DNA of 29,835 nucleotides from positions 1-29,835 of the forward strand of contig JAZDOG010000053.1 of assembly GCA_043798915.1 (NCBI GenBank), given 5' to 3'. Made by a program: the position numbers and the translations under genes. Position 1 is the stretch's first letter. Each line of letters starts with the position of its first letter. This DNA is from Pseudomonadota bacterium (GTDB taxonomy: Bacteria; UBA10199; 2-02-FULL-44-16; JAAZCA01). Below are positions 1 through 7,942 of this stretch, piece after piece. The notes under the pieces were generated by a model. The model was not told the DNA's origin. It ran no database searches and saw only the letters and a list, made by a program, of their open reading frames with translations.

Positions 1-69
1 CGGTTTTGGAATACGGATGTTCTGCAAAATACCGCAGGAGTTTTGGAAAGAATTCTTGATGAATGCCGG

Positions 70-231
70 GGTCACCCTCCCTCTGACTCCCTCCCCTCAA
101 GGGAGGGAGAAAAGAGGCAGCCCATGCGGAGCACGCAGACACAGCGCGGTTGAGAAACCCATAATCCGACACTTGAATTTTACAAAAAACCCTCCCTCCC
201 TTGATGGGAGAGAGCTGGAGGGAGGGTGACC
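70..231. repeat. REP/REPIN-like inverted pair (40-bp arms, 82-bp spacer)
   Basis: 70-109 GGTCACCCTCCCTCTGACTCCCTCCCCTCAAGGGAGGGAG matches the reverse complement of 192-231 at 35/40 positions; each arm has an internal CTCCC..GGGAG hairpin. Confidence 0.85.
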
Positions 232-296
232 ATGCGAGCGAAGTGCGCTTGCACCTACGACCCTCCCTTTACCCGTCCTCGTTTTTCGCCGAGGCT

Positions 297-1331
297 TTAT
301 TCTATCACTATAGCCGGGCTGCCCTTGGGGCGTTGGCGGGTGGTGCCGATGATCGCGGCCGATTCTCCCTGCGCCGCGGCGGCGTCGATGAGCTCTTTTG
401 CCTCGTCCGCGGGGACTACGAACACCATGCCGATGCCGCAGTTGAAGACCCGGAGCATCTCGGCCTCGTCGATTCTGCCGTGCTGTTCAAAGAGGCGGAA
501 GAGGGGAGGGATGCTCCAGCTTTCCTTTGTGATCGCGGCCTGCACGCCCGCGGGCAGGATGCGCGGGATGTTGTCCCAGAATCCGCCGCCGGTGATGTGC
601 GCGATGCCCTTGATGTGAAACGCGCGCTTGAGCTGCGCGATCATGGGGCTATAGAGCCTGGTCGGTTCGAGGAGGCACTGGCCCAGCGGGCGCGCGAGCC
701 CATCATAAGTATCCGAGAGAGAGAGGCCGGCGTCGCGGACGATCCGTCGGACGAGCGCGAACCCGTTGCTGTGAAAGCCGGAGGAGGCAAACCCGATGAT
801 CGAATTGCCGGCGCTGATTTCGCTGCCGTCGATGATCTTCGCCCTGTCCACGATCCCCACGGCGAAGCCGGCCAGATCGAAGTCGCCCGGGGCGTAGATA
901 TCGGGCATCTCCGCGGTCTCGCCGCCGATCAGAGCGCATTTCGTCTGCCGGCACGCGTTGGCTATGCCAGCGACGATCGCGGTGTGTTCGTCGGGCTTGA
1001 GCTTCGACGTGGCGAAATAGTCGAGGAAGAAGAGGGGCTCTGCGCCGCTGCAGGCGATGTCGTTGACGCACATAGCGACGAGGTCGATGCCTATCGTGTC
1101 GAGGACGCCCATCTCGATGGCGAGCTTGAGCTTGCTTCCGACACCATCTGTGCCGGAGACCAGCACCGGCTCGCGCATATCGGCAGTGTCGAGCGCGAAG
1201 AGGCCGCCGAAGCCGCCGAGCTTGCCTATGGCGCCGCGGCGCTGCGTCGCGCGGATGAGCGGCTTGATGTTCTCCACGAACTTGTTTCCGGCGTCGATGT
1301 CCACGCCCGCTTTTTTGTATGCGTCCGTCAT
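297..1331 (-). CDS. purM: Phosphoribosylformylglycinamidine cyclo-ligase (AIR synthetase)
   Basis: YKKAGVDIDAGN, GGFGGLF, TDGVGSKL, DLVAMCVND, GGETAEMP, SSGFHSNGF, HITGGG and FNCGIG motifs. Confidence 0.97.
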   Translation of the reverse strand: MTDAYKKAGVDIDAGNKFVENIKPLIRATQRRGAIGKLGGFGGLFALDTADMREPVLVSGTDGVGSKLKLAIEMGVLDTIGIDLVAMCVNDIACSGAEPLFFLDYFATSKLKPDEHTAIVAGIANACRQTKCALIGGETAEMPDIYAPGDFDLAGFAVGIVDRAKIIDGSEISAGNSIIGFASSGFHSNGFALVRRIVRDAGLSLSDTYDGLARPLGQCLLEPTRLYSPMIAQLKRAFHIKGIAHITGGGFWDNIPRILPAGVQAAITKESWSIPPLFRLFEQHGRIDEAEMLRVFNCGIGMVFVVPADEAKELIDAAAAQGESAAIIGTTRQRPKGSPAIVIE

Positions 1332-1405
1332 GGGGACTTCTGGTTAGCACAGAAAGCGGAAAATGCAAGGCGAGAACATCTCTTTTACCCATATTCGAAT
1401 TTGTG

Positions 1406-1434
1406 TTGTAATTAAAACATAATTATAATATAAT
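1406..1434 (+). promoter_or_regulatory. Sigma70-type promoter of the TA operon, with overlapping palindromic operator
   Basis: TTGTAA(1406-1411)-N17-TATAAT(1429-1434), 6 nt before ATG 1441; imperfect inverted repeat TTGTAATTA-aaaca-TAATTATAA at 1406-1428. Confidence 0.7.
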
Positions 1435-1440
1435 GCGGCT

Positions 1441-1728
1441 ATGTTGAGGTTTGAATGGGACCCCGCAAAGGAGAGAAAGAACGTCCAGAAGCACGGCGTT
1501 TCCTTTGAAGAGGCCAGGTCGGTGTTTGTGGATCCCTTGGCAAGATTGATTACAGACCCTGATCATTCAGAGAATGAGGAGCGGTTCGTCCTGTTGGGGT
1601 TCAGCAAGAAGCTTCGGACGCTCGTTGTTTGCCACTGTTATCGCAGGAACGGCGAGATCGTTCGTATCATATCCGCCAGGAAGGCGACCAGAACGGAGCA
1701 AAAGACCTATTGGGAGGTATTGAAATGA
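1441..1728 (+). CDS. brnT: BrnT family type II toxin (ribonuclease)
   Basis: FEWDPAKERKNVQKHGVSFEEA..F.DP, DHS.NEERF..LG, RIISARKAT..E; 95 aa. Confidence 0.92.
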   Translation: MLRFEWDPAKERKNVQKHGVSFEEARSVFVDPLARLITDPDHSENEERFVLLGFSKKLRTLVVCHCYRRNGEIVRIISARKATRTEQKTYWEVLK

Positions 1729-1943
1729 GAAAAGAATACGATTTCACACATTCCAAAAGAAATCCTTATGCCAGGCATTTCAAGAAACAGATCACCATCA
1801 GGTTGGACAAGGACACGATCGAATATTTCAAGGGACTGGCTGGGAAGACCGGCATCAACTATCAGAACCTGATAGATCTTTATCTGAAGGATTGTGTTCA
1901 GGAGGGGCGCAAGCCCGCCATCAAATGGCCCAGGGCCGCTTGA
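1725..1943 (+). CDS. brnA: BrnA family antitoxin
   Basis: MRKEYDF..KRNPYA..KKQITIRLDKDTIEYFK..GINYQNLI; ATGA overlap with the toxin stop; GGAGG upstream. Confidence 0.9.
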   Translation: MRKEYDFTHSKRNPYARHFKKQITIRLDKDTIEYFKGLAGKTGINYQNLIDLYLKDCVQEGRKPAIKWPRAA

Positions 1944-2112
1944 TAGTTTTATATTCCATCGGCCGCGTCTCCCGCACTGGCGCATCGCTGTTCAAAGTTT
2001 CGATCCCGCTCGCCTTCACGGTCTACGAGAGAAGTTCCGCGTCCTCAGAATTCAACTAACCCCGCCTATATCCGTTGATATTTTGCGTGAAACATGCAAT
2101 TTGATAATCAGT

Positions 2113-2868
2113 ATGGCGAAACCATCTCTTATTCTCGTGACGAACGACGATGGCGTGAGGGCGAGGGGCATCATTTCGCTTGCGAGGCGGCTCAAGATAC
2201 TCGGCAGGGTAGTGGTCGTTGCGCCGAACGGGCCGCAGAGCGCCTCGAGCCATTCCGTCACGCTGCACCGACCGCTCCGCATCAACAGGCTTGCGCGGGA
2301 CGTCTATTCCGTCGACGGGACCCCCGCCGATTGCGTGATGCTGGGCGTCCATGAGATACTCGATGCGCGCCCCGACCTCATCGTCTCCGGCATCAACCAC
2401 GGCGCCAACCTCGGGGAGGACGTGCACTATTCCGGCACGGTCTCGGCCGCATTCGAAGGCGGGATATTGGGCATACCCTCCATTGCCGTCTCGCGGTTCC
2501 CCGACGACGAGAAGGGAAATTTTTCCATGGCGGCCAATTTTGCGGCGAAGGTTGCAAGAAAAGTCCTGAAGGAAGGGCTCCCGAGGGGTGTAATCTTAAA
2601 CATTAATGTTCCTGCTGTATCTAGTGGTAAAATAATGAAATATTGCTTTACATACCAGGGCAGGCGCAACTATGGTGACATCATCGAGGAGAAGGTCGAT
2701 CCCCGCGGCCGGAAGTACTACTGGATAGGCGGAAAGAGGGCCGCGTTTGAAGATATGCCGGAATCCGACTGCAATGCGGTTCTCGAAGGCAGGATATCTA
2801 TCACGCCTCTCCAGGTCGATCTCACCGACAGGGCGTCGCTCAAAGCCCTTGGCGTTTGGAGGCTCTGA
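2113..2868 (+). CDS. surE: 5'/3'-nucleotidase SurE
   Basis: ILVTNDDG, QSASSHSVTL, DGTPADCV, SGINHGANLG, YSGTVSAA; start moved to ATG 2113. Confidence 0.96.
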   Translation: MAKPSLILVTNDDGVRARGIISLARRLKILGRVVVVAPNGPQSASSHSVTLHRPLRINRLARDVYSVDGTPADCVMLGVHEILDARPDLIVSGINHGANLGEDVHYSGTVSAAFEGGILGIPSIAVSRFPDDEKGNFSMAANFAAKVARKVLKEGLPRGVILNINVPAVSSGKIMKYCFTYQGRRNYGDIIEEKVDPRGRKYYWIGGKRAAFEDMPESDCNAVLEGRISITPLQVDLTDRASLKALGVWRL

Positions 2869-2876
2869 TTAAGCAA

Positions 2877-3581
2877 ATGATCGATCCGCGCTTGATGATG
2901 ATCTACAATAACGCCCTGCCGCGCGAGCGCGACCCGTATGAGGTGGCCAGGCGCAGGATGGTGAGCGAGCAGCTCGTGCCGGGGGGCGTGCGCGACCCGC
3001 GGGTGATCGCCGCATGCGCGAAGGTGCCGCGGCACATGTTCGTGAGCCCGGGGATGGAAACGCAGGCGTATGAGGACAGGCCCCTTCAGATCGGTTTTGG
3101 CCAGACGATCTCGCAGCCGCTCATGGTCGCGATCATGAGCGAGGCCCTGGAGCTCACCGGAAGCGAGCGCGTGCTGGAGATCGGGACGGGGTCCGGCTAT
3201 CAGGCGGTGATACTCGCGGAGCTGGCGAAGGAGGTCTTCACGGTCGAGCGCATCGCGGAGCTCTCGATCAGGGCGCGCAAGGTGATGTACCGGCTCCGCT
3301 ATAACAACATCAAGCTCAAGGTTGGCGACGGCACGCTGGGTTGGCCCGATGAGGCGCCGTTCGACGGGATAATAGTGACGGCGGGCGCGCCGGTCGTGCC
3401 GGAGGCGCTCACCGCGCAGCTCGTGGAGGGCGGACGGCTCGTGATCCCGGTGGGCGGCGAGGAGATGCAGTATCTGGACATCATCCAGAGGGTGGGGAAT
3501 GATCTGCGCAGGAGGACGATCACCGCCTGTCGTTTCGTGAAGCTATTAGGTGCGCAGGGGTGGAGCAATGGCGATGGGTAG
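2877..3581 (+). CDS. pcm: Protein-L-isoaspartate O-methyltransferase
   Basis: VPRHMFV, GQTISQP, VLEIGTGSGYQA, GDGTLGWPDEAPFD; surE-pcm-nlpD gene order; start uncertain. Confidence 0.95.
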   Translation: MIDPRLMMIYNNALPRERDPYEVARRRMVSEQLVPGGVRDPRVIAACAKVPRHMFVSPGMETQAYEDRPLQIGFGQTISQPLMVAIMSEALELTGSERVLEIGTGSGYQAVILAELAKEVFTVERIAELSIRARKVMYRLRYNNIKLKVGDGTLGWPDEAPFDGIIVTAGAPVVPEALTAQLVEGGRLVIPVGGEEMQYLDIIQRVGNDLRRRTITACRFVKLLGAQGWSNGDG

Positions 3582-3591
3582 AGGCAATCTG

Positions 3592-4449
3592 ATGAATTCC
3601 CTCCCCTTTGTAAGGGGAGGGTCAGGGTGGGGTAGACCTGCCGGAAACTCAGTATCTACCCCCCCTTGCCCCTCCTTACAAAGGAGGGGAATAGTTGGAC
3701 TGTGCCTCGCCGCCCTGTTTGCCGTCGCTCTCGCCGGCTGCGCGACATCCTTCGACAAGCACGGTGTCTACCACCACGTGCGGACGGGCGATTCGATCTG
3801 GAGGATCGCGCAGACCTATCGCGTGGACGTCCAGCAGCTCGCCGAGTACAACAACATCCTCGATCCAAACGACGTGCAGCCGGGCATGCGCCTCTACATC
3901 CCGCCGAGGAACAAAAAGGCCGCATTCAAGAAATTGCCTTTCGGGACGGAGGTCAGCGAAGAAAAACCGGCCGCCAAATCCGCCCGGCACAAGGGGGGCG
4001 AGAGCGATTACACGAAACCGATCCGCCTCTATCGCGGGCGCTTCGACTGGCCGATGGATGGAAAGATAGGCTCGCCATTCGGAATGCGAAACGGCAGGCG
4101 GCATGACGGAGTCGATCTGTTGGCCCCTTCGGGCACGCCGATACATGCTGCGGCCGCTGGCCGGGTCGTCTTCGTCGGACAGATGCGCGGCTACGGGAAT
4201 CTGATCCTCGTGAGGCACGAGGGCGATTTCTTCACGGCCTACGCCCACAACAGCGTCAACAAGGTGAAAAAGGACCAGGCTGTGAAGAAGGGCCAGCTCA
4301 TCGCGGAGGTGGGGCGGACCGGCCGCGCCACCGGGCCTCACCTCCACTTCGAAATTCGGCATGGACAAACCGCCCGCAATCCCCTATTTTTCCTGCCCGC
4401 GCAGCAAGAGGTTGCCATGAAAGGCGGGCACGGAACGAAAAAAAGATGA
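3592..4449 (+). CDS. nlpD: LysM + peptidase M23 domain lipoprotein (NlpD-like)
   Basis: Lipobox LAGC; LysM (YHHVRTGDSIWRIA); M23 motifs HDGVD, YAH and TGPHLHFE; start uncertain (3568, 3574 or 3592). Confidence 0.85.
   Translation: MNSLPFVRGGSGWGRPAGNSVSTPPCPSLQRRGIVGLCLAALFAVALAGCATSFDKHGVYHHVRTGDSIWRIAQTYRVDVQQLAEYNNILDPNDVQPGMRLYIPPRNKKAAFKKLPFGTEVSEEKPAAKSARHKGGESDYTKPIRLYRGRFDWPMDGKIGSPFGMRNGRRHDGVDLLAPSGTPIHAAAAGRVVFVGQMRGYGNLILVRHEGDFFTAYAHNSVNKVKKDQAVKKGQLIAEVGRTGRATGPHLHFEIRHGQTARNPLFFLPAQQEVAMKGGHGTKKR
3600..3690. repeat. Palindromic REP-doublet element, copy 1
   Basis: CCTCCCCTTTGTAAGGGGAGGGTCAGGGTGGGGTAGA...TCTACCCCCCCTTGCCCCTCCTTACAAAGGAGGGG; arms nearly identical to those at 17168-17257. 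Confidence 0.9.
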
Positions 4450-4463
4450 CACACGGAGGAACA

Positions 4464-4985
4464 ATGGAAGCGTTTTTGAGGAAGCACATACGCGACGTGC
4501 CGGACTTTCCAAAGCCCGGCATCATGTTCAAGGACATCACGCCGCTTTTGCAGAACCACGAGGCCTTCGCCCGCGTCATCAAGAACCTGGTCGAGCGCTA
4601 TAAGCCACAGGGCGTGGACGTCATCGTGGGGATCGAATCGCGCGGGTTTCTCTTCGGCGCGCCGCTGGCGCACCAGCTCGGCGCCTCTTTCATCCCGGTG
4701 CGCAAGAAGGGAAAGCTCCCATACAAGACGGTCGATGTCTCCTATGACCTTGAATACGGATCCGCGACGATAGAGATGCACATAGATGCGATCAAGAAAG
4801 GGCAGAAGGTCGTGGTCGTGGACGACCTGCTCGCCACCGGGGGCACCGCAGGCGCGGCTTGCAAGCTTGTCGAGAGGCAGGGCGGAAAAGTCGTCGAATG
4901 CGCGTTCGTCGTCGAGCTCGCCTTTCTCGGCGGCCGCGAGAAGATCAAAGGCCGCCCGGTCTACTCGCTTGTTAGTTATGAATAG
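4464..4985 (+). CDS. apt: Adenine phosphoribosyltransferase
   Basis: PDFPKPGIMFKDITPLL, GIESRGF, RKKGKLP, YDLEYG, VVVVDDLLATGGT; GGAGGA RBS. Confidence 0.97.
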   Translation: MEAFLRKHIRDVPDFPKPGIMFKDITPLLQNHEAFARVIKNLVERYKPQGVDVIVGIESRGFLFGAPLAHQLGASFIPVRKKGKLPYKTVDVSYDLEYGSATIEMHIDAIKKGQKVVVVDDLLATGGTAGAACKLVERQGGKVVECAFVVELAFLGGREKIKGRPVYSLVSYE

Positions 4986-4999
4986 CAGAGTTCTTTGAT

Positions 5000-5123
5000 G
5001 CCGGGCGCAATAAATGCCGTTAGACGAGGCGCTCCGACGAGACCGACTGAGGCGTATTTAAATGTACGTTGAAGGAGCGTCGAGGAGGAGCAAGGCAGTA
5101 TAACGGCATTTATTGCGCCCGGC
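5000..5123. repeat. 124-bp MITE/ERIC-like palindromic element
   Basis: Perfect 23-bp terminal inverted repeat GCCGGGCGCAATAAATGCCGTTA (5000-5022 and 5101-5123); nested inner complementarity GCTCC/GGAGC, GACG/CGTC and CGTA/TACG. Confidence 0.8.
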
Positions 5124-5126
5124 CTT

Positions 5127-5199
5127 GGCCTCGTAGCTCAGTGGATAGAGCACCTGCCTCCTAAGCAGGGGGTCGCGCGTTCGACTCGCGCCGGGGTCA
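5127..5199 (+). tRNA. tRNA-Arg (anticodon CCT), CCA not encoded
   Basis: Acceptor GGCCTCG/CGGGGTC; D arm GCTC-AGTGGATA-GAGC; anticodon arm CCTGC-CTCCTAA-GCAGG; T arm GCGCG-TTCGACT-CGCGC; followed by CAA. Confidence 0.96.
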
Positions 5200-5202
5200 C
5201 AA

Positions 5203-5832
5203 TTGAATATCCCATTTTTTCCCAACACAGGTGATGGAACGCACTGCTTCCAGGCGGCGCTGATGATGGCGCTCGCCGTCGTCATGCGTGAGCGAAAATT
5301 CACATACGACGAGCTGGATGCGATCTCGCAGAAACTCCCCGGCAAATGGACCTGGCCCACGGTCGCGATGCTCTGGATGATAGAGCAGGGCTTGAAGGTA
5401 AATCTCATAGAGGAGTTCGACTACAAGGCCTTCGTCAAACGGGGCGAAAAATATCTCATCGAGCGGTTCGGCGAAGAGGTGGGCTGCGCGCAGGCGGAGC
5501 ACAGCGACATCGATCGGGAGCGCGAGATCGCGCGCCTGTTCATTGCGCTGGCTCCGCTCGAATATCGCGTGCCGGAGCTCAAGGATATAAAGAAACAGCT
5601 GAAGAAGGGTGCGGTCGTGATCCTGAATGTGAATGCCGCCGCGCTCCACGGCGTGGAGGGTTACTCAGGGCACTTTGTGGTGGTCTGCGACGTGAAAAAG
5701 GACTCGATCATCCTGCACGACCCGGGCCTTCCGCCTTATCCCGCTTTGGAGGTCCCGCTCGACCGCTTCGACCGTGCCTGGGGTTATCCCGCAGAGCGGG
5801 ACAAGAACCTCATGGCGATAAAATCGCATTAG
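5203..5832 (+). CDS. Papain-fold peptidase C39-like protein
   Basis: Putative triad Cys (GTHCFQAAL), His (GHFVVV) and Asp (LHDPG); TTG start; no signal peptide. Confidence 0.7.
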   Translation: MNIPFFPNTGDGTHCFQAALMMALAVVMRERKFTYDELDAISQKLPGKWTWPTVAMLWMIEQGLKVNLIEEFDYKAFVKRGEKYLIERFGEEVGCAQAEHSDIDREREIARLFIALAPLEYRVPELKDIKKQLKKGAVVILNVNAAALHGVEGYSGHFVVVCDVKKDSIILHDPGLPPYPALEVPLDRFDRAWGYPAERDKNLMAIKSH

Positions 5833-5857
5833 CGAATTTTTACGCAGCAGAGATCGG

Positions 5858-7369
5858 TCACGGACCGGGCATGATGCGAAGGTGGTCTGCCTCTGACAAC
5901 GGCAGGCTGAGATAAACGCCTTTGACGAGATCCGGCACCGCCTGAACCTCGATGGTCTTTCCGTTCATCGTCTTAGGGTCTGCGCCGCGGCCGATGACCC
6001 TCCATAGCTTCACAGGCACCAGGACCGCCACCGTCTTGTAACGCCCGCCCGATTTGTTGCCTATACTCAAAAAGATGGTATCGGTCCTGAGCATTCCGAC
6101 ATATGACACCGTGCCGCGGACAAGGCTCGGCTGTCCCAGCGCCTGGCCGAGCTGAGCCTCGTCCGTGGCGTCGATTTTTCTGAGACCTAAGGTGGTGAAG
6201 CTCCATCTCACATCCCGCACCTCACCTTTCCATTTGGCCTGGATGCTTACCTCGTAGCGTGTCTGCGGATGCAGCACCTGCTTCGGAACGAGGCAAACGA
6301 CGCCGTACTGACCGAACGTGGTGGCAGGATGTTTGGGGCTCGACAGATAGAATGGCACTGGCCTGCCGTCCTCCATAGTGAGTGTGGCGCTGATCTGCGT
6401 CACCGAATCGAATTCTGGAAACTGCAATGTAATGGGATATCCCCCAGTTCCACCACCAGGGATGGGATTTGGGATCTCACCACCATCATATTCCAACGAC
6501 ACATCCACCTGATCGCGTGCTGGATAGGCGACCGGCCAGTGTGCGTCAGCATCCTTCCCGTCGACCAACATGAGCGCGCTCGCATAACCGCCATCCTTCA
6601 GAAGCGAATAACCGACGCCGATCTGTCGAAGCGATGGCTTCAGGATGGGCCGCCTGTGGTAAAGGGTTGCCATCCACTTATGAACCGCAGTTTCAAGATC
6701 CGGATGGCCTAGGCTAAGGTCTGCATTTCTTCCGCACTCGGCCCCCTCGGGAGTGGCGCCCGGCAATGATGGGTCCTGTTTGTGCGCGTTCAAACCTTGC
6801 ATCGCCGCGGTTCCATAATTGAGGCGCATGTATTCGGCGTGCTCCATGCAGCCTTTGCTGAGTTCCGGATTGAGAGCTACAGGTTCGAGGCCTGCTTGCC
6901 GACGGTACTGGTTGACCAGTTCGAGCACACGCTGCGATGGCGATTTTTGTGCGCCCTTCGGAGAGACTGTTTTGAGGATGGGCTTGGCATCTCTCGCCGC
7001 AGTGTCGGGTGCTCCGGCCCGCGACGATGGCATACGGATCGAAGCGATGACAGTGCTGTGCGGCGGGGCAGGCTGAAGATCGCCGGCGTCCATCTTTTTC
7101 CTGGCCCCGAACGTCCGAGGGGCGAGGAAACTCAGGCTTAAACATGAGCGGAGGCTGGCCGCGTTCATTTCTCTTCCGCCGGGCAGTTTCAGCGTCAAAG
7201 GCGTCTTCCCGGCATTATACTGGTCGACACAGCTGCTGATATTTTCCAGACAATCGGTCTTCTGGTTCCCGGAAAGCTCGTCGCACGATGCGAATGACTT
7301 CGCGCAGGCGCCGGCATCGCCAGCATCCTTGAGCGTGCTGCAAATTTTTGCGTCTCCTCCGCCTGCCAT
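5858..7369 (-). CDS. Modular protein: Cys-rich N-terminal module + CAP (SCP) domain + probable Ig-like and OB-like beta domains
   Basis: CAP motifs VNQYRRQAGLEPV..L...CMEHAEYM and WMATLYHRRPIL.P....IGVG; first 90 aa shared with 11360-12040; RBS GGAGGTTTA; the C-terminal fold assignments are inference. Confidence 0.8.
   Translation of the reverse strand: MAGGGDAKICSTLKDAGDAGACAKSFASCDELSGNQKTDCLENISSCVDQYNAGKTPLTLKLPGGREMNAASLRSCLSLSFLAPRTFGARKKMDAGDLQPAPPHSTVIASIRMPSSRAGAPDTAARDAKPILKTVSPKGAQKSPSQRVLELVNQYRRQAGLEPVALNPELSKGCMEHAEYMRLNYGTAAMQGLNAHKQDPSLPGATPEGAECGRNADLSLGHPDLETAVHKWMATLYHRRPILKPSLRQIGVGYSLLKDGGYASALMLVDGKDADAHWPVAYPARDQVDVSLEYDGGEIPNPIPGGGTGGYPITLQFPEFDSVTQISATLTMEDGRPVPFYLSSPKHPATTFGQYGVVCLVPKQVLHPQTRYEVSIQAKWKGEVRDVRWSFTTLGLRKIDATDEAQLGQALGQPSLVRGTVSYVGMLRTDTIFLSIGNKSGGRYKTVAVLVPVKLWRVIGRGADPKTMNGKTIEVQAVPDLVKGVYLSLPLSEADHLRIMPGP
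7100..7369 (-). repeat. 270-bp dispersed direct repeat, copy 1 (encodes the N-terminal module)
   Basis: Aligns without gaps to 11771-12040 (offset 4671). Confidence 0.93.
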
Positions 7370-7438
7370 GGTCTAAACCTCCCGAGGGAACATCGGTTCT
7401 TTTTATAGCGAAACCTGCCTCCTGAACATCTATTTTTA

Positions 7439-7465
7439 TTATCGGCATCGCCCCCAATTTGTTGC
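7439..7465 (-). promoter_or_regulatory. Putative alternative-sigma (sigma28-like -10) promoter
   Basis: Minus strand GCAAC-AAATTGGGGGCGAT-GCCGATAA; same spacing at two other sites. Confidence 0.65.
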
Positions 7466-7495
7466 TATTTTTTAATAAGCCATATAAATTGCCGC

Positions 7496-7524
7496 TTGAC
7501 ACTTTTTGCGTTAATTGTTAATTT
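7496..7524 (+). promoter_or_regulatory. Sigma70 promoter of ihfB
   Basis: TTGACA(7496-7501)-N17-TAATTT with an extended -10 TG. Confidence 0.65.
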
Positions 7525-7561
7525 CCCTTGTGATATCCGCTGATTAGATAAGGGTGGCTCT

Positions 7562-7885
7562 ATGAATAAATCGGAGCTGATCGAGAGGGTGGCGGAGAAG
7601 CAGGGCATCCCGAAGAGGGGCGCGGAGGACGTCGTGAACCTCGTCTTCGATGCAATGATCGAGGCGATGGTGCGCGGCGATCGCATTGAAATCAGGGGGC
7701 TCGGCAGCTTCATGGTGAAGGACTACGGCTCCTACGTGGGCCGAAATCCGAGGACGGGGGAGTCCATCAAAGTGAGGCCCAAGAGGCTGCCGTTTTTCAA
7801 GGTGGGCAAGGAGTTGAAGGAGCGGGTGGACGGCAAGGATGTAATCGGCGGGGAGGCAAGTCCTCCGGCGTCGCCCGCGCTATAG
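7562..7885 (+). CDS. ihfB: Integration host factor beta / HU-family DNA-binding protein
   Basis: MNKSELIE, IEIRGLGSF, GRNPRTGE, PFFKVGKELKERV. Confidence 0.88.
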   Translation: MNKSELIERVAEKQGIPKRGAEDVVNLVFDAMIEAMVRGDRIEIRGLGSFMVKDYGSYVGRNPRTGESIKVRPKRLPFFKVGKELKERVDGKDVIGGEASPPASPAL

Positions 7886-7942
7886 AAAAAGTCGACAAGC
7901 ATCATTCATTCGCGTCCGTGCCAGGCAGACCATGGAGGTGTT

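Noticed and set aside
17..229. 70-aa ORF containing PLTPSPQGRE
   Set aside because: Mostly a translation of the REP-like arms, with no independent coding evidence.
1996..2020. GTTTCGATCCCGCTCGCCTTCAC resembling a tRNA/tmRNA 3' remnant (att site) beside brnTA
   Set aside because: No intact T-stem and no match to the tRNA in the window; too short to support.
1894..2112. N-terminal extension of SurE
   Set aside because: SurE homology starts at ILVTNDDG, just after ATG 2113; the extension overlaps brnA and intergenic DNA.
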